Assembly: GCF_900964775.1 (NCBI RefSeq)
Contig: NC_041806.1
Location: 16,454,297 to 16,518,296, forward strand
Source of the DNA: Scleropages formosus
Taxonomy: Eukaryota
DNA: 64,000 nucleotides
Direction of reading: 5' to 3'
Each line of letters begins with the position of its first letter. The stretch's first letter is position 1. Made by a program: the position numbers and the translations under genes. A model generated the notes under the pieces. The model did no database searches and was not told the DNA's origin. It worked only from the letters and a program-made list of their open reading frames with translations. Below, in pieces: positions 36,871 through 47,698 of this stretch.

Positions 36871-37395
36871 CTGTCAACAACAAAAGATGCAAAAATTTTT
36901 ACACAAAAGCTGTATAATTGTAACAAGCTCGAAATATTCCCCCAACAGCTGTTCAACAAAAATAAAGACCTCAACCCTGTAACAAGAACTGTCTATTTTC
37001 AACTCCAAAAGTAGGTACAGAATTGAATTAACATTTATTTTTTTATTATTATTATTTTTTTTTTTTCAAAGCAACTATACAATGTTAATGTATTGACAGT
37101 TATTCACTCAATTATTCAGCTCGGTATTTTTACTAGAGCAATTCAGGGTATGTACAGTACCTTTTTCAAGGGTACTACAACAGGAGATTGGATTTGAACC
37201 TATGTCCAGCTCTAAACTCAAGACACATGCTGTCCCCATATAATTAAAATACAAATACATCATGTAATTTTTGGTTTACAAAAAATGGTTTTTTAATCTA
37301 TAGCAGTTACCTTTGTGTTTAAACTGCAAAGGTCACAGAAATTTAGACAAAAGAAAGCCAATACCACAAAAGAACAAACTACACATAATACACAC

Positions 37396-37494
37396 CTCAC
37401 ACAGCAAGAGGAGTCCTGTGTTGTTCTTCTGACTGGCGTAGCAGTAGTTGGCACTTTTTGAGGACATGTCAGCAAAATAGATGCCCTTTCCAAA
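37396..37494 (-). CDS. parp2: PARP2 coding exon 14 (catalytic domain; Tyr of the triad)
   Basis: Acceptor tgttcattccag| then [33 protein letters not shown]. Human has [33 protein letters not shown]. Donor GAG|GTGTGT. Confidence 0.9.
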
Positions 37495-37614
37495 CTGGAA
37501 TGAACAAAAAGGCAGCTCAGTACATGGGGATTGTTACAGGGCGGGTTACACAACTAAAGTACTTAAATACACTGCACAGATACTAGCAGCTCCACCTGAT
37601 ATCACTCCCCTCAC

Positions 37615-37714
37615 CATATATCCAGTGATGGGGGCCTCTGGAGGGGCGACTCTGAGACCCTGGCTGAGGATGCCCACCCAGTTGGAAAGGCGAGAACCAT
37701 GCCACAGCAGCATC
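37615..37714 (-). CDS. parp2: PARP2 coding exon 13 (catalytic domain; His of the H-Y-E triad)
   Basis: Acceptor aacctttgcag| then (R)[33 protein letters not shown]. Human has [33 protein letters not shown]. Donor ATG|GTGAGG. Confidence 0.9.
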
Positions 37715-37885
37715 CTGCAAAGGTTAGCATGGAGGACACATGGTGACTACACATACTCACACACAGACACACAAACAAAGTAGCATTCTGTAGGAAGAAG
37801 AGAGAGTGAGGGATACACAGTCTGTGCGTAATTAAAGCGGGACACATATTATACACACAGTTCATGGCATGTATTTGCTATGAAC

Positions 37886-38013
37886 CTGTTGTGAAGTTGT
37901 GTGCTGAACCTCTCCTTCTCTCCCTCTCGCTCCACTGTGAAGATGTCCAGCACGGTCATGGTGTAGTCTTTGTGGGTAGGAGCGTGGGTGGAGTGGAGGT
38001 ACTGCTCTATCAC
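37886..38013 (-). CDS. parp2: PARP2 coding exon 12 (start of the catalytic domain)
   Basis: Acceptor ccttccgtgcag| then VIEQYLHSTHAPTHKDYTMTVLDIFTVEREGEKERFSTQLHN + ag. Human has VISQYLQSTHAPTHSDYTMTLLDLFEVEKDGEKEAFREDLHNR. Donor CAG|GTTCAT. Confidence 0.85.
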
Positions 38014-38109
38014 CTGCACGGAAGGAGAAATGGAGGACAGAAGGGACTGACATAAAACAGATGAAAACACAGATGCATGCGAGTACGGACAGAGATGTAA
38101 CACACGGAC

Positions 38110-38244
38110 CTTGTACTCGTGACTGTTACGTGGCAGGGGTTCGAGCATACAGCGCAGGGACTTGTACTGTCGGTCCAGAGGGTGCTCCAAGCTCTCAACA
38201 CTAGACTGGACCATCTTCACTGCTATCTGTATGTCACTGAGAGC
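38110..38244 (-). CDS. parp2: PARP2 coding exon 11
   Basis: Acceptor gttttctgccag| then ALSDIQIAVKMVQSSVESLEHPLDRQYKSLRCMLEPLPRNSHEYK. Human has ALGDIEIAIKLVKTELQSPEHPLDQHYRNLHCALRPLDHESYEFK. Donor AAG|GTCCGT. Confidence 0.85.
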
Positions 38245-38385
38245 CTGGCAGAAAACAGAGTGAAAGGCACTCACATCCACAAATATGGTGAGACCCAGTT
38301 ATCGCAGTTTTAAATATGACTGCAGTAAAGAAATAAAAAAAAAAACCAACACACACACAGCTGCTTCCCAGCCTGAGTCTCTTAC

Positions 38386-38449
38386 CTCCAGCAATGCAAT
38401 CTTCTCCTTCAGCTCCTGCTCTGTCTGAATGAGTGGGGGGGTCCGCAAC
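38386..38449 (-). CDS. parp2: PARP2 coding exon 10
   Basis: Acceptor cactcgcag| then (G)LRTPPLIQTEQELKEKIALLE. Human has GLRTPPLIRTQKELSEKIQLLE. Donor GAG|GTAAGA. Confidence 0.85.
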
Positions 38450-39444
38450 CTGCGAGTGAAAGTGCAGAAGACTCCTATATACCCCCAAAACACCACTTAA
38501 AACTGCAGTATGCACCTTGACGTTATCAAAGTTCACTGAATACCTGTGAGCATCATCAGTTATTGCATTATGATTTTATTCTAGCATGAGATGTGAGCAT
38601 TTAGTATAAAGCTGAAAGAACCATATGTGTTCAGTTTTTTTAATTAGAACAATGCCCCATACTCATGTGTTAAAAGCATAGGGTCATGCCCTTCAAAGAA
38701 GCAGCTACCACATGCATACACACAAGCACACTCCCTGCAAGTCAGTATTAATCAGCAGACTGTTAATCAAAAGCAATTCAAGAAAAACTGAGGAACAACT
38801 CCAAAACACTGCTTATCAAAAAACACACTTAAAATGGTTTCATATATGAAGCAATCCTTCCATTCCACATTGCAGTATAGAACCATTTGAAACACTAAGG
38901 CTTTAAAATGTGTTATAATACAAAAAAGCAGTGCAAAAAGCTTATTCTGCTTACAGAGCAATTTAGTTTAGAATGGGTTTGGGGGGAGAGGTCTGGGCCA
39001 AATGTCCCGTTCACCTAGGGAAAGTGCATGTGCAATACATCGCCTCTCCTTCTCGGTGTAACAATCGCCGCATGGCCACTGTCTGGCTCACCAGGCAGGA
39101 GGTCACTGCAAACGGCCTCTCCTACACTACTGCGTTCGTAGCAACACCTTCTTGTCGGTCCCCCTGTTTTCACAGAGCTTGCTACGTCATGGCATGACCG
39201 AGTGTCTGGCGGTATAACTGGATGGGTAAGCCAGACTCGTAAGCCTTGGTTGGCAGCCAGCCTAAGAGAAGGACAACTCTGACTCCAAACCCAGGCAGAT
39301 GAAGCTCGTTAGCCCTGTCAGGCTATCCATCTAGGAGAACGACACTCAGATATAATACCTACGACCCGGGGACCTTGCTGTCACCGTCTCAGCTTGCTAG
39401 GCCATGGCAGATGAACCCAAGGTATAAAGGGAGGGGCCAGTACT

Positions 39445-39852
39445 ATGCACACTGCACTCCACCTAAAAACTCCACTGCGCAAGCTTGAAATGCACACCCA
39501 TGTCTACGAGCAACATCACCATCAAGAATTCCTTGGTGTCTGTTACACTGACCACCACAAGTGGTCTGCTCTAGCCTCTGACCGTGAGGCCTGGAGACAC
39601 ACCATTCACCAGGCTGTCTCCTCCTTCAAGAACGCATGCAGGGCAGGTCTTGATGACAAAAGGAGATGGAGGAAGAAATGTGACACTGCAGCACCAAACC
39701 CAGAACAGACTTTGCCTTGCAGCCTCTGCGGCCGGACCTGCCTGTCCTGCGCTGGCCTCGTTAGCCACCAGCAAGCTTGCAGCAGACATGGGCGCCCCCT
39801 TCCTAAATCTTCGTTCGCAAAGCCAAGCCATGAAATAGCCATAAATATTTAA
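39445..39852 (+). mobile_element. LINE ORF2 C-terminal tail fragment with a Cys-rich zinc-finger-like motif, inside PARP2 intron 9
   Basis: ORF ...SALASDREAWRHTIHQAVSSFKNACRAGLDDKRRWRKKCDTAAPNPEQTLPCSLCGRTCLSCAGLVSHQQACSRHG resembles retrotransposon ORF2 tails. It is antisense to PARP2. Confidence 0.5.
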
Positions 39853-39911
39853 TACACCAAACAAAGTTGACTGAGCTTGGGCCTCGGTGTGAAAACTGCT
39901 AGCTCCTTTAC

Positions 39912-40050
39912 CCAAAGTCATGAGGGATGCGGGTGTAGAACTGGTTGCAGGCTTCTAAGAGCTCCTTCTTGTTACCCTTCCTCTTCAGACACTCCTCAAT
40001 CCTTTTCAATGAGGCATACCCTGCCTTGATCTGCTCCACTGTCAGTTTAC
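39912..40050 (-). CDS. parp2: PARP2 coding exon 9 (helical regulatory domain)
   Basis: Acceptor tacttctgcag| then (G)KLTVEQIKAGYASLKRIEECLKRKGNKKELLEACNQFYTRIPHDFG. Human has KLTVAQIKAGYQSLKKIEDCIRAGQHGRALMEACNEFYTRIPHDFG. Donor GG|GTAAAG. Confidence 0.85.
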
Positions 40051-40183
40051 CTGCAGAAGTAGTAAACACTGTTAAAGACATGCACCAATTTACCCAAAAA
40101 GCTGGCACACAGGAATGAAACCCATGGCAGAACAACATGCAGACCCACAGCCAAGAATGCAGAAATGTAGAGCATTCACTGAC

Positions 40184-40340
40184 CCAAAGGTGCTTTCTTG
40201 GTGTCAAACTTCATCTCCAGCACACACTCCTCCATGGCTCTGATGTCACAAATGAGATCTAAAAGGGACTGCACCTTACTGTCCAGCTGGCAAGTTTTCT
40301 TGGGCAGGGAAGCTTTTGAAGGACCCTGACTCTCTTCCTC
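40184..40340 (-). CDS. parp2: PARP2 coding exon 8 (linker and start of the helical regulatory domain)
   Basis: EEESQGPSKASLPKKTCQLDSKVQSLLDLICDIRAMEECVLEMKFDTKKAPL + g. Human has LDLRVQELIKLICNVQAMEEMMMEMKYNTKKAPLG. Donor G|GTCAGT. The acceptor is the first AG after the polypyrimidine tract (cctcaaag|), which is weak, so the 5' edge is less certain. Confidence 0.65.
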
Positions 40341-40614
40341 CTTTGAGGCAGATGTTTGACAGGTGTGAGGAAACAAGTGCACATTTGATGGACACTCACT
40401 AACAGTGGGCTGGTGGCACACTCAAGACAGTAGTAGGAAAAGCTAATACACTGAAGTGGAGCCAATGTTCTGCTGAGCAGTGACACTGTGTGCCTCTCAG
40501 TTATTTACATGAATATCATTCACAAAAGATCTGTGGCATGAAAAACTCCAGATATAGAACTACGGGCCTGACATGTCAGTTGCAGGATGTAGAGGTTATG
40601 AGATGTATTTATAC

Positions 40615-40717
40615 CTTGCTGCTCGCCATGTAATCCATGAACACCATGTCGTACTTTCCTGCTACTTTTTCAAACTGTGCCCGGCTGTCCCAGTTATTTT
40701 TTGTCTTGTCAAAGAAC
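40615..40717 (-). CDS. parp2: PARP2 coding exon 7
   Basis: Acceptor gcctttaag| then (K)FFDKTKNNWDSRAQFEKVAGKYDMVFMDYMASSK. Human has KFLDKTKNNWEDREKFEKVPGKYDMLQMDYATN. Donor AAG|GTATAA. Confidence 0.8.
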
Positions 40718-40819
40718 CTTAAAGGCACAAAATGCACCATGAATGACATTTACAAACAAGCTCATACACATCTACACTAAGGTGCACAATGACATATGTA
40801 CTACATCAAGTAAACATAC

Positions 40820-40895
40820 TTTTTCTTAAACACGTCTTTGGCCTTTTCGAGGTCTCCACCAAAGGACATTAAACTGTGTTGCCCAACTTTTCCAA
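40820..40895 (-). CDS. parp2: PARP2 coding exon 6 (WGR domain)
   Basis: Acceptor gatatttcag| then (V)GKVGQHSLMSFGGDLEKAKDVFKKK. Donor AA|GTATGT. Confidence 0.8.
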
Positions 40896-41002
40896 CTGAA
40901 ATATCAAGAGGAATGAGGAAAGGAGTAAGAGATGGCAGAATACAGAGCATCTCATACTGTCAGCTTGCATATGCCTTCAACAACAAACACTCTTTTCCCT
41001 AC

Positions 41003-41099
41003 CTCTCCCCCAGCGCATCCACACAGTGTAGTTCTTCATGTTGTCATCCTGTAGCAGCTGAATCAGGTAGTACTTGTTGTTATTAAACTGAAGGTTGGT
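41003..41099 (-). CDS. parp2: PARP2 coding exon 5 (WGR domain)
   Basis: Acceptor atgtgttgcag| then TNLQFNNNKYYLIQLLQDDNMKNYTVWMRWGR + g. Human has TNLQFNNNKYYLIQLLEDDAQRNFSVWMRWGR. Donor AG|GTAGGG. Confidence 0.85.
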
Positions 41100-41196
41100 C
41101 TGCAACACATTGAGGTGTATAGTGTGACGAAACATACTCGTATTAAACCACACATCTCAACAATTGAACAATAACAAAATAATACAGTGGATGTAC

Positions 41197-41247
41197 CTGG
41201 TTCAACATAACATCATAGATATCATCTCCTTCATTGTAAACGTGAGC
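41197..41247 (-). CDS. parp2: PARP2 coding exon 4
   Basis: Acceptor tccctttaag| then AHVYNEGDDIYDVMLNQ. Human has AHVYCEGNDVYDVMLNQ. Donor CAG|GTACAT. Confidence 0.85.
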
Positions 41248-41657
41248 CTTAAAGGGAAAGACAGAAGAGTGAGGGGCTAGGTGATGTGGGCAGAAAATCT
41301 GAATGACCACACTCATTGAGGTGGTTTACTATATACCCGAACATCCTGTCTAAGCCTTGAAGGAAAACATTTATTCAAAATGTGTTTTCAGCCAAAAGGG
41401 AAGCAATAAATAGCTGATGCAATTTAACAAAGAGAAGTGCAAATCTAATTTGTCACAAAGACTATATACTGTTTAAAATTGTAGTGAAGTAAAAAATGTT
41501 ATTACCTACGTAGGCTGGGATGATTAAAATTGAGGTCCTACAACATGTGTGTAACAGCCAGGAATTTCTGTACTGAATAAACAAACAGCTGCAACACAGC
41601 TTGATAACTGCATAAAAATGAAAAACTAAAACCACATAATTAGGTAGGGTAAAGTAC

Positions 41658-41728
41658 CTTTCCTAATTTAGCAGTGCATTCTGAGTCAACTGGAGCCTTT
41701 CCCTTCATCACCATGGTCTTAACTACTT
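41658..41728 (-). CDS. parp2: PARP2 coding exon 3
   Basis: Acceptor tgtgatgtacag| then (E)VVKTMVMKGKAPVDSECTAKLGK. Human has SESVKALLLKGKAPVDPECTAKVGK. Donor AAG|GTACTT. Confidence 0.8.
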
Positions 41729-42015
41729 CTGTACATCACAAAAGACAAACAACAATTGACAAAATAAAATAAATCATTCATTCACATCCATTTGTCCTAA
41801 TGAGGGACTGCAGTGGTCTGGAGTATATCCCAGAAAAACAGGGTGTGGGACAACAGTTCATCACAGTTCAACATGCAACTATAAGCCCAGTAATAGAATG
41901 TCTACATGCCTTTACATTATAACAGACTGTAATGTTGTGCAGCACTGTGACATAATGGTAGTGTTCCCTCTGTCTACTACATACTGCACGTGGTCAACAA
42001 GAAGGCAGCGCTCAC

Positions 42016-42132
42016 CTTTGTCATCCTCTTCATCACTCTGAGCTTCCCTGCTCTCCTTCTGGCTCGTCCCTCCACCCCTCTTCTTCTTGGCAACTGGCTG
42101 CTCTTCCTTGATGTTGTTCACTTCAGCACTCT
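42016..42132 (-). CDS. parp2: PARP2 coding exon 2 (basic/acidic N-terminal region; copy 1 of the duplicated exon)
   Basis: Acceptor cccaatgtag| then (E)SAEVNNIKEEQPVAKKKRGGGTSQKESREAQSDEEDDK + g. Donor AAG|GTGAGC. Confidence 0.7.
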
Positions 42133-43110
42133 CTACATTGGGAACAATGATTTTAATCATTATAAACTGAGAAACACAGCTTTCCCCTCACATTATTCCA
42201 AATTGAGGGCCCAGAAGCACATTTTACCAGCAGCCCTGTCATTTTTACAAGTAAATAAATACACACATGTGTGTATGTATATGTATATATATATAGATAC
42301 AAATTAAATTGATATTAAATGCCATAGTAAGAGCGATATATGTCTTACGATGGCATTTGGCATCCAGATCATGATTTCACTTGGTTTTACTTAAAAGTTA
42401 AAGACAAATGACAGAGGAGAAGGAGGAAGTGTAAACAGCTGCCTGACCAAAAACACTGAGCCTTCTGGCCCTACACACAGGTCTGGTTTTTGGGTGATCT
42501 CATAAACAAAAGCCTAAGTCAGTCTCACTCCCCACCCATACAGATCAGAAGAATAGAATAAAACAGGACGACGAGGCAATTCCATTTTCTTATAAAATAA
42601 AACTGCACAGAAGTGGTTCTGAATTCAGTCAAATGACAAAGAAGTTTTTAACTTTTAATGTGAAAACGATCTTGGGCGGAGAAACTAAGATACAGTAGAC
42701 TTCTGGAAAACAATATGAATATCAATTTCATTACAATGATCTTGGTTGGGGGGAAATAAGTACAGTATGACCTCAGCCGGGCAAAATGACATTTTAAATG
42801 TGGCTGGACTTGTATCTAAGACGCGTTCAAGAGCTATTAACATGTAGGTTTTCGCTGATTCCCAGGAGTGCTGACAACATTTACTTATTTATTATTTCTG
42901 TAAAAAACCTATCAGTCGTGTCACAGCTTGTCCTCCTCAGACCGGAATTTGGACTCGTGAATTTCTGAGAACATCATCATGTCGGGCAAAAAATGGGCGG
43001 TAACACAGACTAACTTTCACCATGGCATGTACACAAAATATTAATCTGAAATCGCTTGTTAAGTTGCGAAAAAATGAGAGAAGGTAAGAGAAGAAACGCG
43101 GGTTCCGGGT

Positions 43111-43136
43111 AAAAAAAAAAAAAAAAAAAAAAAAAA
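43111..43136 (+). repeat. Poly-A tract (26 nt); this is poly-T on the PARP2 sense strand inside intron 1
   Basis: gggt + A26 + catg. Confidence 0.9.
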
Positions 43137-43149
43137 CATGGAAACACAC

Positions 43150-43207
43150 CTGACTGCTCATCCGCAACATTTTTGGGTTGGGTGCGAGAACTTCTCGTGC
43201 GTCTCAT
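43150..43207 (-). CDS. parp2: PARP2 coding exon 1 (start codon)
   Basis: Minus-strand aaaATGa start, then MRRTRSSRTQPKNVADEQS + g, donor CAG|GTGTGT. Phase 1 matches the 2-nt start of the next exon. A basic N-terminus is as in human PARP2 (MAARRRRS...). Three CCAAT boxes lie 175-265 bp upstream on the same strand. Confidence 0.55.
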
Positions 43208-43369
43208 TTTAAATGAAATACTATATATTAAACTGCGTTACAAAAAAAAAAGACTACGAGCCGTTCGGGTTTTCAAACAAAAGAATTAGACTTTACTTTA
43301 AGCAGTGAGTGAGGCGAAAACAAACCCAGCAGACATGTAGGAACAGTAAACGACTGAGCGCCACAAAAA

Positions 43370-43480
43370 TCTCGGACATGATTGGTGAGAGTCTCTGTCA
43401 CGCTCTACATCCTTCACTCTGATTGGTTGATAGAGAAACAGTCGTTGGTTTGATGGTACCTAAACTTTTGATTGGACGCC
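43370..43480 (-). promoter_or_regulatory. parp2: Putative PARP2 core promoter with three CCAAT (NF-Y) boxes
   Basis: ATTGG on the + strand at 43381-85, 43422-26 and 43471-75 equals CCAAT on the PARP2 sense strand, 175-265 bp upstream of the ATG at 43207. No TATA box is obvious. Confidence 0.5.
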
Positions 43481-46400
43481 GTTTGTTCGTGTGCTTTCGC
43501 GACCCACGGAGAAACACACTTTGTAGTCTTTTAGACTATGACTGTGTATATCGCTTTGTTCTGGACACGTCTGTGTGAAAAATATAAAGAAAGCCAGTCA
43601 CATCATCACTGACTAGGTTTTAAAATTGAATGTCGCGTACGATACGGTGCGTAAATGAATAAACGTAACTGCACTGTGACTAGCACTCTCGTTTGACGTA
43701 TTTTCGCTAACATTAACTTAAGCATAAAATTAATGATTAATTTACATCATGCCATTGCCAATTGCAGTTGCACGTAAAAGAAATACAGCAGTTGTAAGTG
43801 TTGGTTAATATGGGGCGGATTTTATCCAACTTTGGCTTGAGATGTGGTCGCATGGACATGACATGCCACATTCGACAAATCGCAATCGCTGTGTTTCCCT
43901 TAGGACGAGAGAGGCTATTAAATTGTTCTTTGAAAATTGCATTGTGTGTGTGCACAGATTAGTGAGTAAACCCGTTCAGGAAAATAACGGTTCTAATGAC
44001 AGAGGAGAAAACGTATTTAAATGTAATAAATGATTTATTCATTTAGCAAACGCTTTTCGCCAAAGCGACGTACATCTCATAGAGAATACAATATGTGCAT
44101 TCTTCTCTATTCATTTTTGTAGAATTTTTGGAAGTAGTTACGTGGGATTTTCCCAGTGATGATGCACAAACATACACCACATTTCTGACAGGAGATAGTT
44201 GTCTGTCCATCTGGGCAGAACCTGCACCTTCCCTTGTCAGTAAAAACTGGGAAGTGATCCACTTAATCATAGCGGACAGCATCTATGGGTCTTGGGGTTG
44301 TTGGTCTTTGGAGGAATCTGGTGGGCACATCCGCCTCCCTTCCCTTGGAGGGCCTTCCTTTCTTCTTTCCAGCGTTGATAAGTGCATCCGCAACCTCCAG
44401 TCTGAACATCTCGAGCTTTTTCTGCTTTTGCACATCAAGAGACAAGAAGAAACAAGGAAACGCGGGGTCTTTTGTATTGTGGGCAGACAGACCGAACACT
44501 ATCGAAAAGCAGTATTACAAGCAATTACGGACCGAAGTTAGCTGGTTAGCTTGTTACCTTCAGTAAATATCACGACCATACACAATAGGTTTGTGTTTTT
44601 CATGTTGCATCAATATTATTGCTTTATAGTCTGTTGATATTACTAGTTAATGTTTGGATGTTCTACACTAAAATTATTACGGATTGCACCTTTAAGAGAT
44701 TTTTTTTCAAAATTGCACATTTAAGTGTCCCTCAGTAAAAGCACGGTCACTTAAATCACTTGGCTTTTTCGGACTTTCAATCAATCTCCTCAGTAGAGCT
44801 ATCCTCACTCGCTGACTCCCTCTCTCCGTGCTGTCTGACAATGATTTCCTCATCTTCATCATTGAAGTCTGAATCTGAAGAGCTTGCAGGGGTCTCCTCT
44901 ATCACTCTCATCCTGTCTGTCATTCCTCTACTCACCTTTCTTTTGCCATAAATTGAGCTAACTGTGATGCAGGAAAATGTATGGTTATACTGTTATAATG
45001 TATAGAATTTTTTTTGGAGTTAATATTAACATGTCTTCCTGTTTGAAACTAAATTTTAAATACTAAAAATTGACCAACTTTCTACCCCTAATCTGGCAAC
45101 ATATCTTGGGGGATACATAGATTTCTGAATAACACCACAAACAGCATTAGAGCATTTTTTTCTTCATCAGCATATTAAGACAATAGTCAATTATTTCATG
45201 AATTTATAGTGTTGCTTTATTGAAAATAAATATGATTAATATGTAATTACCACCTGGTCAGCATGTCCTGCACCACTGGTGGCTATGATGATTTCTGATC
45301 AGGCTGACTAAGCGATGACAGATAACCTGAACCAAGTCATGTGACCTACATACAAATACCAGACAAGACTTTTAATGAATGATAACTTGATTGGGTGAAA
45401 ACATTCAATCAAGTCCCCTACAGGATGTTAAAGAGTCTGTATCTCCTGGTGCATGTTGACTGTTCAAGGGTTTAAAACTGATCCCACAAAACGTGCGAGA
45501 GCCAGGAATTTCACATGTACTGAAGAAATAAACAGAAGCAACAAAACTGGGTTACCATGATATAAAAGAAAACTAAAAAGCACACAACTAATGCCATAAG
45601 GCTAAATGGCTGAGTAAAGCATGTTCAGTTTTTGGGACACCTGAGGTCAACTGAGAACAATAACTCCAATGGAGAGAAATTCAACCTCCAGCTCCAACAC
45701 CATTCCACAGATGTTGCCCCTGGGACATCAAGACAGGTGGAACAAATTACCTTTCCTAATTTAGCAGTGCATTCTGAGTCAACTGGAGCTTTTCTTTTCA
45801 TCACCATGGTCTTAGCTACTTCTGTACATCATAAAACACAAACAATTAACAAAAATTCAGTCATACATACATTCATTCATTTCCTAATACAGGATTGCAG
45901 TGGTCTGGAGTCTATTCCCAAAGCACCAGATACAAGGCAGGGTACACCCTGGATGGGACACCAGACCATCAGAGTGCAACACACAGTCAGCAAACAAGAA
46001 ACGAGATGTTCAGGTAGTTTATATTAAAATAGACTGTACAACCAATCCCTAGAAGAAGAAAATGTCCTGGTATAGTTCCCAATAAGTATGTTGTATACAA
46101 CATATTGTACCACTTCCTCTGTTTACCAGTTGTTGCATGGAGTCTACAAAACTCAGTGTTCAGCTGTGTTATCCTCTTCATCACTGGGTGCTTTTCTCCT
46201 CACCTTCTGGCTCTTCTCTGCACCCTGCTTCTTCTTGGCAACCAGCTGCTCTTCCTGCTCCTCCTTGACACTATTCACTTCACCACTCTCTGTAGGGGAA
46301 TAATGTTTGTAATCATTCTATACAGGCAGCTTTCTTCCTCACATCATCTTATACTGCGGGTCCCAAAAGTGTAAGCACATTTTATAACCAGCAGTGTGGA

Positions 46401-47110
46401 AATGCTCTGAGTATGTGGTACTTGAGCAGCAACTTGACATGTAGTACCATTTTCTTAGATGTGGTCAACAAGAAGGCAGCGCTCACCTTTGTTATCCTCT
46501 TCATCACTCAGAACTTCTCTGCTCTCCTCCTGGCTCTTCCCTCCACCCCTCTTCTTCTTGGCTATGGGCTGCTCATCCTGCTCCTCCTTGACCTTGTTGA
46601 CTTCAGCACTTGCTGCAGGGAGAACAATATTTTTAATCATTCCAAACTGTGCTTTCCCCTGAACACAACTTTCACTTCAGATTATTAATTTATTATTATT
46701 AAAATCAGAGCCCAGATCAGATGTGCAAATACGTTTTTATCACCAGCACCCTCGAGTATATGCTCTTTTGCGGTCGTTTGCGCTATTATTACACACATGA
46801 TTTTACCGAATCCCAAAAAAGCAAGTAAGTGTAAATACCTGCCTATGGAAAAATACTTTGCTTTCATGCTCCACAGACAACTAGTCGGTTAGATTTACCA
46901 TATTTACTCTAATGTAACTAACTCGCATTTTCCCCCCCTAAATTCAAGTTTAAAAATCGGGGTGCGAGATATATGCGGGAATTTTCGGAAACTAAAGTTT
47001 TTCAGGAAAAAATGAAATGGATATTTATATTTTATTTCATAAAAATATTTATAATACGTTTTATTATTTTGTAATTGCGAGCATGATGGTGCATCGCTGT
47101 TTTTCCCTCC

Positions 47111-47698
47111 TCAAGTTGTGGGCACCATCACGCTTTTTTCACCTTTTTCTGTTTTTGTTTGGTGCAGCATGTCGAAATTGAGGGGTGTTTGATCGGCATT
47201 GGCTATTAGTATTTGCGATAACATATAGCTATTGCTCTTCCTAAGTTGAATCACATCCATCACTTTATCCTCGAAATCTTTCGGCACTCTTTGGGAAAGG
47301 GATGTCCTCCGACGAAGGGAAAGACTTTTCCTCTTCATGAATCTCGTGATCCAACCTTGGCTCACTTTCAGATCTGTGCGACTGATGCCTCGTTTTGTAG
47401 CTAACTCGCGCGCTTTTAAATGTAACATTTCGTGCGAAACACAGCAACCATCTTTACGCAAACCTAACACATATTCAAATAACTCGTCCTCCAATGCAGG
47501 AAACTTTCCACATTTAGGTCCTCGGAATGCTCTTCTTAACTTATTGGTGTTTTGTAATGCAAGTTTCTGTTTACGCCAATATCGCACATTAAACTCAGTC
47601 ACTGTAAACTCACGCCCTGCTGCTCGATTGCCATGTTTTTCTGCGAAATCAATAACTTTGAGTTTAAAACCAGCACTGTAACTTGAACGTTTGTCCAT
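47111..47698 (-). mobile_element. pogo/Tigger-like transposase N-terminal DNA-binding domains (HTH_psq plus CENP-B-type HTH), truncated
   Basis: ORF MDKRSSYSAGFKLKVIDFAEKHGNRAAGREFTVTEFNVRYWRKQKLAL...LKARELATKRGISRTDLKVSQGWITRFMKRKSLSLRRRTS stops after 195 aa. No DDE domain follows. Confidence 0.6.

Noticed and set aside
36694-37014. Plus-strand 106-aa ORF
   Set aside because: It lies antisense over PARP2 exon 15, whose sense-strand translation matches the PARP catalytic domain perfectly. The plus-strand ORF is a shadow frame.
43500-43900. RNase P RNA (RPPH1) expected head-to-head with PARP2
   Set aside because: I could not recognise the conserved P4 or CR-I to CR-V motifs by eye in this interval. 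I left it as an open question rather than a feature.
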